From Alphaproteobacteria bacterium (GTDB taxonomy: Bacteria; Pseudomonadota; Alphaproteobacteria; Bin95), in the NCBI GenBank assembly GCA_963665325.3, contig CAXXWS020000002.1:128001-192000 (forward strand): DNA of 64,000 nt. Direction: 5' to 3'. Positions within the stretch are counted from its first letter, which is position 1. Each line of letters begins with the position of its first letter. The notes below the pieces were generated by a model. That model made no database searches, was not told the DNA's origin, and saw only the letters and a program-made list of their open reading frames with translations. Position numbers and translations under genes: made by a program. Of this stretch, positions 20,307 to 30,202 are shown piece after piece.

Positions 20307-21304
20307 GCGGAAGCGTCCCCGTTGTCGATATTGCGCCGTTCCTCGACGGCACCGACAAACCGTCGGTCGCCCGCGCCGTGGCCGAAGCCTGCGAACGGAT
20401 CGGCTTCCTCACCGTTTCCGGCCACGGCCTCGACCCGGCGGTCGTCGAACGCGCCTTCGAGAGGTCGCGGGCCTTCTTCGACCTGCCGCGCGCCGAAAAG
20501 GACCGCTGGCATCCGACCGGCCCTTCGCGCCAGCGGGGCTTCCACGGCTTCGCCACGCGGGGCCTGGCCTACACTCTGGGAGAGGACGCGCCGCCCGATC
20601 TCCGCGAGACCTTCTTCCTCGGACCCGTGGACGACCACCGCGAGCATTTTGCCAACCTGCCTGAGGCGGCGAACGCCTACGCGCCCAACATCTATCCCGA
20701 TGCGCCGGCGGGAACGGCCGAGGCGCTGGTCGGGATCTACCGTGCCTATGAGCGTCTCTCGGCAGACCTGCTGCGCATCTTCGCGGTGGCGCTGGACCAG
20801 CCGGAGGACTGGTTCGCCGGATTCATCCAGCGCCATTTCTCCATCCTGTCGAGCCACCACTACCCCGCGCTCCGCGAGCTGCCGAAGCCGGGCCAGCTCC
20901 GCACGGGCGCGCACACCGATTTCGGCGCGCTAACGATCCTGGCGATGACGGATGCCGACGGGGGGCTGGAAGTGCGGATGCCGGACGGCGCCTGGCAGCC
21001 CGTCCGGCCGCCTCCGGGAACGCTGGTCGTCAATCTCGGGGACATGATGGCGCGCTGGACCGACGGGCGCTGGACCTCGACGCTGCACCGCGTCGCCAAT
21101 CCGCGCGACCTGAACAGCGCGCGTTCCCGGCGGCAGACCATCGGCTATTTCATGCATCCCGACTACGACGCGCCGATCGGCGCGATCCCATCCTGCGTGC
21201 CGGACGGCGAAAAGCCCGGGTTCCCCACGATCTCGGCCGGCGAGCACATCGCGATGAAAATCGCCGCCAGCCACGAAGGCGCGGCCGCGGCGAAGTCGGC
21301 GTAA
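20303..21304 (+). CDS. 2OG-Fe(II) oxygenase, isopenicillin N synthase family
   Basis: VPVVDI, ACERIGF, HTD...H facial triad (GAHTDFG; STLHRV), VVNLGD, RRQTIGYF. Confidence 0.9.
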   Translation: MSGSVPVVDIAPFLDGTDKPSVARAVAEACERIGFLTVSGHGLDPAVVERAFERSRAFFDLPRAEKDRWHPTGPSRQRGFHGFATRGLAYTLGEDAPPDLRETFFLGPVDDHREHFANLPEAANAYAPNIYPDAPAGTAEALVGIYRAYERLSADLLRIFAVALDQPEDWFAGFIQRHFSILSSHHYPALRELPKPGQLRTGAHTDFGALTILAMTDADGGLEVRMPDGAWQPVRPPPGTLVVNLGDMMARWTDGRWTSTLHRVANPRDLNSARSRRQTIGYFMHPDYDAPIGAIPSCVPDGEKPGFPTISAGEHIAMKIAASHEGAAAAKSA

Positions 21305-21312
21305 GGCTCCGG

Positions 21313-22308
21313 CTACCGGGGCGCGCAGGCCTCTATGGCGGCGAGGAACTTCTCCTTCGCGCCGGGGCCGCGGGCGAAGGGGCTGATGATCGGCAGGTCG
21401 AGGCCCGAGGCGCGATAGGCTTCCAGCCGCTCGCGGCACTCGGCCGGCTGTCCTGCAATGCCGGTGGCGGCGATCATGTCGTCGGTTACGGCCCGCTCGG
21501 CGCCTGTCCTGTCGTCGGCGGCCCAGGCCCGTGCGATTGCCGCCGCCTCGTCGGGGAAGCCGTTTTCGGCGATCAGGCGGTTGTAGCGGGGGAAGAAGCC
21601 CGCATAGAACGCAAGGCCGGGGCGGGCGGCGGCAAAGGCCTCGTCCCGGTCCGCCGAGACGCTCGTGGGCAACAGCGATGAAATCTCGACCGCACGCGCG
21701 TCGCGGCCGGCCCGGCGGGCGCCGGCGGCCACATGCGCACGCGCCTTGGCTGCGCTTGCAAGCGTGCCCCGCGTGAGGATCACGCCGTCCGCGACCTCGC
21801 CGCAAAGCTCGGTCATCTTCGGGAACAGGGCAGAAATGTAGATCGGCAGGTCGTCCCGGAACGGCCGGAACCAGAGATCGAAATGCTCGATCCGGACCGT
21901 ATCGCCGTCATGGCTGACCTCGCCGTCGCGGAGCAGCGCGCGGACCACGGCTGTCGTGTCGCGCACACGCCCGAGGGGCTTGGAATATTCCACCCCGTGT
22001 TCCGGCCCGACCTGGACCCTGTGGCTGGACCCGAGCCCCAGCACGAACCGGCCGCCGGAAAGCTCGTCCACCGCCGCGGCCGCCATGGCGATGGTGGGCG
22101 CGGTGCGCACGAACACGCTGGTGATGGCGGTGCCGAGCCGCACCCGCTTTGTGCGGAGCGCGCAGGCCGCGAGGATCGCGAACTGGTCGCCGCCGTGCCC
22201 CTCCGCGACCCAGACCGACTCGTAGCCGAGCGCTTCGGCCCGCTCCGCGCAGTCGACGATCTCGGTGGCGGTGAGCCCGCCCGAAATTGCGATTCCGATT
22301 CGTGACAC
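21313..22308 (-). CDS. Luciferase-like (LLM class) flavin/F420-dependent oxidoreductase
   Basis: AEALGYESVWVAE, RVRLGTAI, LSGGRFVLGLGSS, GEVADGVIL; GTG start at 22308. Confidence 0.85.
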   Translation of the reverse strand: MSRIGIAISGGLTATEIVDCAERAEALGYESVWVAEGHGGDQFAILAACALRTKRVRLGTAITSVFVRTAPTIAMAAAAVDELSGGRFVLGLGSSHRVQVGPEHGVEYSKPLGRVRDTTAVVRALLRDGEVSHDGDTVRIEHFDLWFRPFRDDLPIYISALFPKMTELCGEVADGVILTRGTLASAAKARAHVAAGARRAGRDARAVEISSLLPTSVSADRDEAFAAARPGLAFYAGFFPRYNRLIAENGFPDEAAAIARAWAADDRTGAERAVTDDMIAATGIAGQPAECRERLEAYRASGLDLPIISPFARGPGAKEKFLAAIEACAPR

Positions 22309-22485
22309 CGATCTGGTCCTCCCCGTCTCGGGCGTCGATGTTCGGCCAGGGCACCGCTTGACGCAAGGGCGCGGGCAGGTCCGGTTGCGGCCGGAAAGCC
22401 CGAGGTTGCATAATCGCAGCCCCGACGGACGGTTGCGGGAAGACGTCCCTGTACCAGGCAGCAACAACGACGGACGCGCGACCCG

Positions 22486-23334
22486 GTGTTCGAGGTCGCT
22501 GAAACGCTCCAGCGCGTCGCGTGGCTGGCGGTGGCGGGCGGCCTTGTCCTGCTGGCGCTCGGCAGCGTGCATCTGCTGCTGGTCTATGCGGGGCTGCTCG
22601 CCCGGAGGCAAAGCGGCTGGCGGCAGTGGGCGGGGAGGCGGTCCTTCACTGCTGCGCTTGTGCTGCTGCTGGGCGCCGCCCTCATGCAGGTGGTGGCGCA
22701 TCGCGGCCTTGCGGGCCGGCCGGAACCGGCCCAGGCGGTCGTCGCCGCGCTGCCGGCCGCGGAAGACCGGGCCGTTGAGGAGCCTGCGGACAAGGCCCCG
22801 AAGGCAGAAATGCGCCCGGCCGTATCGGCTGCGGAGGCCGAGGCGGCTTTCGAGGAAGCGCTTGCGGCCCGCACGGCAGGGCAGGCGGCCGATGCCGAAC
22901 GGGCCTACGGGCAGGCCCGCGACGCCTTCGCGGTGCTGGGCGATGCCCGGCGGGAGGCGGACGCCCTTCACGGGCTGGGCGACATGGCGCTGGGTCGAGA
23001 CGATCTGGCGGACGCCGAACGGCGCTATCTCGAAGCACGGCGCCTCTTTGCCGGCCTCGGCAATGGCATCGGGGAGGCGAATGCGCTGGTCGGCCTCGCC
23101 TCCGTGAAGGCAGGCGCCGGGGCACGCGCGGAGGCCGAACGCCTGCTGGACGAGGCCCATGCCATCTACCTGACGGCGGTGTCGGTACGCGGGCGCGCCA
23201 ATGTCACGCTGGCGCGGGCAGGCCTCGCGACCGACCCCGCGAGGGCGCGCCGGCTCTACAAGGACGCCGCCGGCCTCTATATCCGCGCGGGGATGCCCAA
23301 GTGGGCGGACTACGCCCGCAGCCGGGCGCGCTGA
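22486..23334 (+). CDS. Membrane-anchored tetratricopeptide repeat protein
   Basis: Two N-terminal hydrophobic segments; repeats such as EADALHGLGDMA...AERRYLEARRLF and EANALVGLA. Confidence 0.65.
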   Translation: MFEVAETLQRVAWLAVAGGLVLLALGSVHLLLVYAGLLARRQSGWRQWAGRRSFTAALVLLLGAALMQVVAHRGLAGRPEPAQAVVAALPAAEDRAVEEPADKAPKAEMRPAVSAAEAEAAFEEALAARTAGQAADAERAYGQARDAFAVLGDARREADALHGLGDMALGRDDLADAERRYLEARRLFAGLGNGIGEANALVGLASVKAGAGARAEAERLLDEAHAIYLTAVSVRGRANVTLARAGLATDPARARRLYKDAAGLYIRAGMPKWADYARSRAR

Positions 23335-23349
23335 GTCCCGGCCGGCTCC

Positions 23350-24057
23350 TTAATACCGGCCGATGACTTGCCCGTGCGCCGTGCTATCGGGCAAGGCGAG
23401 GTTGAGGATGAGGTCTGCCGCCCTGTCGGGCGTGGGCAGGTCCGCCGCATCTTCGCCCGGAAAGGCGCCGGCGCGCAGCCGGGTGCGCATCGGCCCCGGA
23501 TCGACGAGATTGACCCGTAGCGCCGTGCGTGCGGTTTCCGCCGCATAGACGCGGACCAGCGCCTCGAGCGCAGCCTTGCTCGCGCCATAGGCCCCCCAAT
23601 AGGCGCGGGAAACGGAACTGCAGGTTGTGAACACCGCCCGGCCCGCCGGCGCGCGCCGAAGCAGCGGGTCCGCAACCCGGATCAGGCGCATGGCGGCGGT
23701 GAGGTTGGTGTCGAGCACGCGCCGCCAGGCGTCGTCGGCGATCTGGTGCGCCGGCCCGAGCGTGCCGAGTGCGGCGGCGCAGGACACCAGGATGTCCAGC
23801 CGCCCGAACCGCGCGCCGAGCGCGGTGACGGCCCGTTCCAGGTCTCCGGGCGCAGTAAGATCGAGCGGACAGAGCGTCGCCTCGCCGCCCGCCGTGCGGA
23901 CCGCATCGTCGGTCTCTTCCAGCCCGCCGACCGTGCGGGCGAGCAGCACGACATGAGCGCCCGCGCCGGCCACTCGCAGCGCCGCCGCCCGGCCAAGTCC
24001 CCGAGAGGCTCCGGTCACAAGTGCGACCCGGCCGTCAAGCAGATTCGATTCCGGCAC
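23350..24057 (-). CDS. Short-chain dehydrogenase/reductase
   Basis: TGASRGLG, YGASK, VDPGPMRT; usual position after purF. Confidence 0.9.
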   Translation of the reverse strand: MPESNLLDGRVALVTGASRGLGRAAALRVAGAGAHVVLLARTVGGLEETDDAVRTAGGEATLCPLDLTAPGDLERAVTALGARFGRLDILVSCAAALGTLGPAHQIADDAWRRVLDTNLTAAMRLIRVADPLLRRAPAGRAVFTTCSSVSRAYWGAYGASKAALEALVRVYAAETARTALRVNLVDPGPMRTRLRAGAFPGEDAADLPTPDRAADLILNLALPDSTAHGQVIGRY

Positions 24058-24068
24058 GGGCGGCTGGC

Positions 24069-25523
24069 TCAGGCGAGTTCGTCGAGCAGCGACATCCGGT
24101 CGGCGGCCGCGCCGTCCCGCCGGTCGAGCAGGTCAATCGGATAGTCGCCGGTGAAGCAGGCGTCGCAGAAGGCGGGCGCCGTGCCGCGCCCCCCGGCCTC
24201 GCCGAGGGCGCGGTAAAGTCCGTCCAGGCCGATGAAGGCCAGCGAATCGACGCCGATCTCCTGGCGCATCCGCTCCAGGTCGAACCGGGCCGCCAGCAGC
24301 GTGTCGCGGCGCGGCGTGTCGATGCCGTAGAAGCAGGAATGGGTCGTTGGCGGGCTGGAAATGCGCATATGCACCTCCGCCGCGCCGGCATTGCGCACCA
24401 TCTCCACGATCTTGGTCGAGGTCGTGCCGCGCACGATGCTGTCGTCCACGAGAACGACGCGCTTGCCTGCGAGCACTGCCTTGTTGGCATTGTGCTTCAG
24501 GCGCACGCCCAGATGGCGGATCTGCTGCGTCGGCTCGATGAAGGTCCGTCCGACATAGTGGTTGCGGATGATGCCGAGGCTGAACGGCAGGCCCGCCTGC
24601 TGGGCGTAGCCGAGCCCGGCGGGCACGCCGGAATCCGGCACGGGCACGACGACATCGGCCGGCGCCGGCGCCTCGCGGGCCAGTTCGCGCCCGATCTCCA
24701 TCCGCGCCTCATAGACGCTGCGGCCGAACACGGAGCTGTCGGGCCGCGCGAAATAGATGAGTTCGAAGATGCAGGGCCGCGGCCGGATCAGGGCGAAGGG
24801 GAAATGGGACTCGATCCGGCCCCCGTCGACCACCACCATCTCGCCGGGCTCGACATCGCGGATATAGTCGGCCCCGATGATGTCGAGCGCGCAGGTCTCG
24901 GACGCAAGAATCCACGCCTCGCCCAGCCGCCCGATCACCAGCGGGCGCACGCCGTGCGGGTCGCGCACGCCGAACAGCTTGCTGCGCGATATCGCGACGA
25001 GGGAGTAGGCGCCCTCGACCTCTGCCAGCGCCTCGACGATCCGGTCCACCAGCATCTGTTTCCGGCTGCGCGCGATCAGGTGGATGATAACCTCGGTGTC
25101 GGTCGTGCTCTGGAACAGCGCGCCTTTGCCGGCCATCTCGCGCCGGATCGACAGCGCGTTGGTCAGGTTGCCGTTGTGGGCCACCGCGACGCCGCCGAAA
25201 GCGAAATCCGCAAACAGCGGCTGGATGTTGCGGGCAACCGGCAGGCCGGTGGTCGAATAGCGGTTGTGGCCGATCGCGATCGTGCCCTGAAGGCGCCTGA
25301 TCGCCTCCTCATTGCCAAAGGTCTCGCTGACCTGGCCCGGCCCGCGCAGGCTGTAGAACTGCTCGCCGTCGCAGGACACGATGCCGGCAGACTGCTGGCC
25401 GCGATGCTGGAGGGCGTGCAGGCCGAGCGCGGTGTGCGCGGCAGCGTCGGCGTGGCCAGCGATGCCGAACACCCCGCATTCCTCATGCAGCTTGTCGTCG
25501 TCGAAGGGGTGAACGGCTCGCAA
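24069..25523 (-). CDS. purF: Amidophosphoribosyltransferase
   Basis: EECGVFG, LQHRGQ, HNGNL, VPDSG, VDDSIVRGTT. Confidence 0.97.
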   Translation of the reverse strand: MRAVHPFDDDKLHEECGVFGIAGHADAAAHTALGLHALQHRGQQSAGIVSCDGEQFYSLRGPGQVSETFGNEEAIRRLQGTIAIGHNRYSTTGLPVARNIQPLFADFAFGGVAVAHNGNLTNALSIRREMAGKGALFQSTTDTEVIIHLIARSRKQMLVDRIVEALAEVEGAYSLVAISRSKLFGVRDPHGVRPLVIGRLGEAWILASETCALDIIGADYIRDVEPGEMVVVDGGRIESHFPFALIRPRPCIFELIYFARPDSSVFGRSVYEARMEIGRELAREAPAPADVVVPVPDSGVPAGLGYAQQAGLPFSLGIIRNHYVGRTFIEPTQQIRHLGVRLKHNANKAVLAGKRVVLVDDSIVRGTTSTKIVEMVRNAGAAEVHMRISSPPTTHSCFYGIDTPRRDTLLAARFDLERMRQEIGVDSLAFIGLDGLYRALGEAGGRGTAPAFCDACFTGDYPIDLLDRRDGAAADRMSLLDELA

Positions 25524-25535
25524 ACGGGCCTCCCT

Positions 25536-26207
25536 TCACCGGCTCCCCTCGATCAGGCGGTCGAGGTTGCGGCGATCCTGTTCCTTATACCCCTTGGGCG
25601 GAGCTTTTGCAGTCGTTTCCGGCTCGGCCTCGGGCCGCTCCAATTTCTCGTACAGGCGCTTGGCGTCCTCGACCCGCTCGATCTCGCGCTGAATGCGGAC
25701 GGCCTCCGAGGAGCCGTAGTCGGCCAGGCGCGGTGGCAGCAATTGCTCGATCTGGCGGGCACCCGTCTCGATCATCGGGATGCTGCGCGCTTCGCGTACC
25801 CAGCCCGGTTGGTCGTCGGGCGGGACCACGCGCGAGCCGACCAGATAGAGCGCGCAGATGATGACCGCGCCCCTGATGATGCCGAACAGGAAACCCAGCG
25901 CGCGGTCCAGCGCGCTGTGGTTGGAACGCTCGACCCGGCCGGCGATTCGCCCTGTAACGACCGAGAACAGCACAAGCGCCGCAAGGAAGCTGCCCGCGCC
26001 GGCCGCGATCCGGGCCAGCAGCGGCTGCTGGATGTAGTCCCCGAGCGCCGCGCTCAGCGGCGTGAAGGCAAGCCAGGCCACGACGGCCGCGCCGATCCAG
26101 CTTGCGAGCGAAAACACCTCGCGCACGAATCCGCGCAGATAGGCGACGATGGCCGAAACCACGACCACGGCGAACAGGGCGAGGTCGAGCGCATAGATGT
26201 CGGTCAT
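25536..26207 (-). CDS. cvpA: CvpA family protein
   Basis: RGFVREVFSL, LDRALGFLFG; upstream of purF. Confidence 0.9.
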   Translation of the reverse strand: MTDIYALDLALFAVVVVSAIVAYLRGFVREVFSLASWIGAAVVAWLAFTPLSAALGDYIQQPLLARIAAGAGSFLAALVLFSVVTGRIAGRVERSNHSALDRALGFLFGIIRGAVIICALYLVGSRVVPPDDQPGWVREARSIPMIETGARQIEQLLPPRLADYGSSEAVRIQREIERVEDAKRLYEKLERPEAEPETTAKAPPKGYKEQDRRNLDRLIEGSR

Positions 26208-27580
26208 ACGCGGGCGCGCCTAGCCGCCCGCCGTCCAGCACCGAGTCGTGCGGCTAGTTCCGCCACATGGCCAACGGTCTCGATTCGCAACCCGTCGCCG
26301 CCCGGCGGCTGTCTGGCGGAGGGGATCACGGCCGCCTCGAAGCCGAGTTTCTGCGCTTCCCTGAGCCGCGCATCGCCATGTGCGACCGGGCGGACCTCGC
26401 CGGTAAGGCCGATTTCGCCGAACCACACGCTGCCCGCCGGCGCAGCCGCGCCCTCCAGCGAGGAGACCAGCGCGGCCGCCGCGGCGAGGTCGGCCGCCGG
26501 CTCGGAGATACGCAGCCCGCCCGCAACATTGAGGTAGATGTCGCGCCCGCCGAGCGCGACTCCGGCCCGCGCCTCCAGCACGGCCAGAACCATGGCCAGC
26601 CGGCTGGCGTCCCATCCCACCACCGCGCGGCGCGGCGAGCCGGCGGCGGGCGGTCCGACAAGCGCCTGGATTTCGACCAGCAGCGGCCGCGCCCCCTCGA
26701 CGCCCGCAAACACCGCCGTGCCGGCCAGCGCCGCGCCGTCCCGGCGGTCGCCCAGGAACAGTTCGGAGGGATTGGCGACCTCGCCGAGGCCGCGGTCGGT
26801 CATCTCGAAGACGCCGATCTCGTCGGTCGCCCCGTGCCGGTTCTTCACGGCGCGCAATATGCGGAAATGGTGGCCGCGCTCGCCCTCGAAATAGAGCACC
26901 GTATCGACCATGTGCTCCAGCACGCGCGGGCCCGCGATGGCGCCGTCCTTGGTGACATGGCCGACGAGCAGCAGCGCCGCGCCGCGCCGGCGCGCGACCT
27001 CGATCAGCACCTGGGCCGAGGCGCGCACCTGCGCGACCGACCCTGCGGCCGAATCGAGGCCGTCCAGATGCATGGTCTGGATCGAGTCCACCACCGCGAC
27101 CTCGCCGCGCTTCGAAAGCGTGGCCGCGATGTCGCCGGCCGCCGTCGCGGCAGCCAGCGCCACCGGGGCGTCGGCCATGCCGAGGCGTCTCGCGCGCATT
27201 GCGATCTGCGAGACCGCCTCCTCGCCGGTGACATAGAGGCAGTCAAGGCCCCGGGCGGCGAGCTTAGCCACCGCCTGCAGCAGCAGGGTGGACTTGCCGA
27301 TGCCGGGGTCGCCGCCGATGAGCACGCAGCTTCCCGGCACCAGCCCGCCGCCCAGCACCCGGTCGAACTCGGCGATGCCGGTCGCGCGCCGTTCGACGAC
27401 CGGCGGGGCGGCGTCGAGCGGCACGAGGTCGAGCGCCCGCCCGGGCCGCTTGGCGGAGACGGGTCCGGCCGCCTCCTCCACAAGGCTGTTCCACGCCCCG
27501 CAGCTTGCGCAGCGCCCCGCCCACTGGCGCGCCGCCGCGCCGCAGGTCTGGCAGACATAGCTGCGGTCCTTTCGGCTCAC
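26204..27580 (-). CDS. radA: DNA repair protein RadA/Sms
   Basis: Zn finger CQTCG...CASCGAW, GDPGIGKST, KNRHG (KNRFG-like), Lon-like C-terminus. Confidence 0.96.
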   Translation of the reverse strand: MSRKDRSYVCQTCGAAARQWAGRCASCGAWNSLVEEAAGPVSAKRPGRALDLVPLDAAPPVVERRATGIAEFDRVLGGGLVPGSCVLIGGDPGIGKSTLLLQAVAKLAARGLDCLYVTGEEAVSQIAMRARRLGMADAPVALAAATAAGDIAATLSKRGEVAVVDSIQTMHLDGLDSAAGSVAQVRASAQVLIEVARRRGAALLLVGHVTKDGAIAGPRVLEHMVDTVLYFEGERGHHFRILRAVKNRHGATDEIGVFEMTDRGLGEVANPSELFLGDRRDGAALAGTAVFAGVEGARPLLVEIQALVGPPAAGSPRRAVVGWDASRLAMVLAVLEARAGVALGGRDIYLNVAGGLRISEPAADLAAAAALVSSLEGAAAPAGSVWFGEIGLTGEVRPVAHGDARLREAQKLGFEAAVIPSARQPPGGDGLRIETVGHVAELAARLGAGRRAARRARV

Positions 27581-28356
27581 CCGCGCACCGCCATGCGGAT
27601 CGGCCCCGACGCGCGGCCGTGGATGAACTGGTCCACGAATTCGTTGCCGCTTGCGTCGATGTCCGCCACCGCGCCCGACCACACGATCCGCCCCTCATGC
27701 AGCATGGCGATGCGGTCGGCGATCTTGCGCGCGCTCGCCATGTCGTGAGTGATCGACAGCGCCGTTGCGCCCAGCTTGCGCACGCATTCGACGATCAGGT
27801 CGTTGATGACATCGGCCATGATCGGGTCGAGGCCCGTCGTCGGCTCGTCGAAGAAGATGATGTCCGGCCGGGCCGCGATGGCGCGCGCGAGCGCCACGCG
27901 CTTCTGCATCCCGCCGGAGAGCTCCGCCGGCATGAGTTCGGCGACCTCGGGCCCGAGGCCGACCTGGGCGAGCGTCTCCACCGCGACCGGCTTCGCCTCG
28001 CGGCGCGTCCTCTGCCCGGCCGCCACCAGCCCGAACGCCACATTTTCCCAGACGGACAGGCTGTCGAACAGTGCGCCACCTTGGAACAGCATTCCCATGC
28101 GCGCATTGACGGCCTCGCGCGCCGCGCCCTTCAGGCCCACCGATTCCACGCCGTCGATCAGGATGCTGCCCCGGTCCGGCTCGACGATGCCGAGCGCGCA
28201 TTTGACCGTGACCGACTTGCCGGTGCCCGACCCGCCGATGACGACCATCGACTCGCCCGCGCCGATGTCCAGATCGACGCCGCGCAGCACGCTCTTCGCG
28301 CCGAAGGCCTTGTGCAGGCCCCGGATACGGATCTTCGGTTCGCCTGAGCCGCTCAT
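27577..28356 (-). CDS. mlaF: MlaF-type ABC transporter ATP-binding protein
   Basis: GGSGTGKS, LSGGMQKR, DEPTTGLDP; follows mlaE. Confidence 0.88.
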   Translation of the reverse strand: MSGSGEPKIRIRGLHKAFGAKSVLRGVDLDIGAGESMVVIGGSGTGKSVTVKCALGIVEPDRGSILIDGVESVGLKGAAREAVNARMGMLFQGGALFDSLSVWENVAFGLVAAGQRTRREAKPVAVETLAQVGLGPEVAELMPAELSGGMQKRVALARAIAARPDIIFFDEPTTGLDPIMADVINDLIVECVRKLGATALSITHDMASARKIADRIAMLHEGRIVWSGAVADIDASGNEFVDQFIHGRASGPIRMAVRG

Positions 28357-29126
28357 TTGGCGAAGAACAGTTCGGTGATGATGTAGTTGAACACCAGGAT
28401 GAGGATGGCCGAGGAGACCACCGCATTCGTCGCTGCCCGGCCCACGCCCTGGGCGCCGCCCTCGGAACGGTAGCCGTGATAGCACCCCATGAGCGTGACG
28501 AGGAAACCGAACACCGCGGCCTTGACGAGACCGGAGACGACATCGATCGTCTCCACGAACCGCCATGTCTGGTCGATATAGGCCGCCGCACCGAAGTCCA
28601 GCTTGTAGACGCCGACGATATAGCCGCCGAATATGCCGATGACATCGCCGACCAGCACCAGCAGCGGCAGCATGGCGAAGCCCGCGAGGATGCGGGGCGC
28701 CACCAGGAACTTCATCGGGTCCGTCGACAGCGTGGAGAGCGCATCGATCTGTTCGGTGACGCGCATAGTGCCGATTTCGGCCGCCATCGACGCGCCGACC
28801 CGTCCGGCGACCATCAGCCCCGCCAGCACCGGCGCAAGCTCGCGCGTGATGGCGAGCGACACGACGCCCGCGACCGCGCCCTCGGCCGAGAAGCGCGCAA
28901 AGCCGGTATGGCTCTGGAGCGCCAGCACCATGCCGCTGAACAGCGTCGTCAGCGCCACGACCGGCAGCGAGTAGTAGCCGATATCGACCATCTGCCGCAG
29001 CAATATGCGCGGATAGAAGGGCGGGCGGACAATGTGCGTCACGGCGGCGAATGCGAACAGCACCAGCCGGCCGATAGCCTCCAGCAGGGCGAGAAAGGCC
29101 CGGCCGATTGCGGCCAGGGGGTTCAA
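28353..29126 (-). CDS. mlaE: MlaE-type ABC transporter permease
   Basis: RELAPVL, AEIGTMRVTEQIDAL, GAQGVGRAAT. Confidence 0.92.
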   Translation of the reverse strand: MNPLAAIGRAFLALLEAIGRLVLFAFAAVTHIVRPPFYPRILLRQMVDIGYYSLPVVALTTLFSGMVLALQSHTGFARFSAEGAVAGVVSLAITRELAPVLAGLMVAGRVGASMAAEIGTMRVTEQIDALSTLSTDPMKFLVAPRILAGFAMLPLLVLVGDVIGIFGGYIVGVYKLDFGAAAYIDQTWRFVETIDVVSGLVKAAVFGFLVTLMGCYHGYRSEGGAQGVGRAATNAVVSSAILILVFNYIITELFFAK

Positions 29127-30190
29127 GCCCCGGGTTCCCCGCCGCCGGTATAGGTCCGCGCATAGCGCGCGCCGAGCGAAGTGAGGATTTCATAGCCGAT
29201 GGTGCCGGCGGTAACGGCGAGCTCATCGGCGTCGACGCCGTTGCCGATCAGGACGGCCCAGTCCCCCGGCTTCACGGTCCCCGGCGGCAACCCGGTCACG
29301 TCCAATACGATCGAATCCATCGACACGCGCCCGATCAACGGAACCCTCCGGCCGTGCAGCGACGCCTCAGCCCCGGGGCTTGCAGCGCGTAGATAGCCGT
29401 CTGCATAGCCTGCGGCAACCGTGGCCAGAACCCGGCCGGCGCGGGTTTCGGCCGTGGCGCCGTAGCCGACCGTCAGGGGCCGGTCCACCTCGCGGACCTG
29501 GAGCACGCGGGCCTCCAGGCGGACGACGGGGCGCATCGGGTTGGGCCCGTCCGGTGTCGGGTTGAGGCCGTACAGCGCCATGCCGGGCCGGGCGAGGTCG
29601 AACCGGTAGCCTGCGCCGAGGAAGATGCCGGAGGAGTTTGCGAGGCTCGCCGGCGCGTCGAACCGGGCGGCAAGTTCCGCGAACAGGCGGCGCTGGGCTT
29701 CGCTCAACGGGTGCTCCGGCTCGTCGGCGCAGGCGAGGTGGCTCATCACCAGCCGGAAGCGCCGCCGGTCGAGCGCCGCCGCGTCCGAGGGGTCGAGGCC
29801 GAGCCGCGTCATGCCGGTGTCGATATGCAGCACGGCGTCTTCGCCCGGCCAGGCGGCGAGGTCGCCCATATGGTTCAGCACCGGCAGCAGGCGGTATTCC
29901 CGGTAGAGCGGCTGGAAGCCCTCTACGGGCGCGCTCAGCACGGCGATCTCGGCATCGGGCAGCAGGGCGCGAAGCGTCGCCCCCTCGTCCAGCCCGGCCA
30001 CGAAGAATGTGCGGCAGCCCGCCCGCTGGAGCGCCGGCGCTACCCGGTCCATGCCCAGCCCGTAAGCGTCCGCCTTGACGACGCCCGCCGACGGCGCCAG
30101 CGCGTCCAGCTTGCGCCAGTTCGCGGCGATCGCGTCCAGGTCGATCTGCAGCCGGCCCGGCGGCGCCATCATTCCCGTTTGCCGCGTCAT
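29123..30190 (-). CDS. alr: Alanine racemase
   Basis: VVKADAYGLG, HIDTGMTRLG, SHLACAD, GYADG, GRVSMD, TIGYEIL. Confidence 0.96.
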   Translation of the reverse strand: MTRQTGMMAPPGRLQIDLDAIAANWRKLDALAPSAGVVKADAYGLGMDRVAPALQRAGCRTFFVAGLDEGATLRALLPDAEIAVLSAPVEGFQPLYREYRLLPVLNHMGDLAAWPGEDAVLHIDTGMTRLGLDPSDAAALDRRRFRLVMSHLACADEPEHPLSEAQRRLFAELAARFDAPASLANSSGIFLGAGYRFDLARPGMALYGLNPTPDGPNPMRPVVRLEARVLQVREVDRPLTVGYGATAETRAGRVLATVAAGYADGYLRAASPGAEASLHGRRVPLIGRVSMDSIVLDVTGLPPGTVKPGDWAVLIGNGVDADELAVTAGTIGYEILTSLGARYARTYTGGGEPGA

Positions 30191-30202
30191 ATGCAGGACG
30201 CC

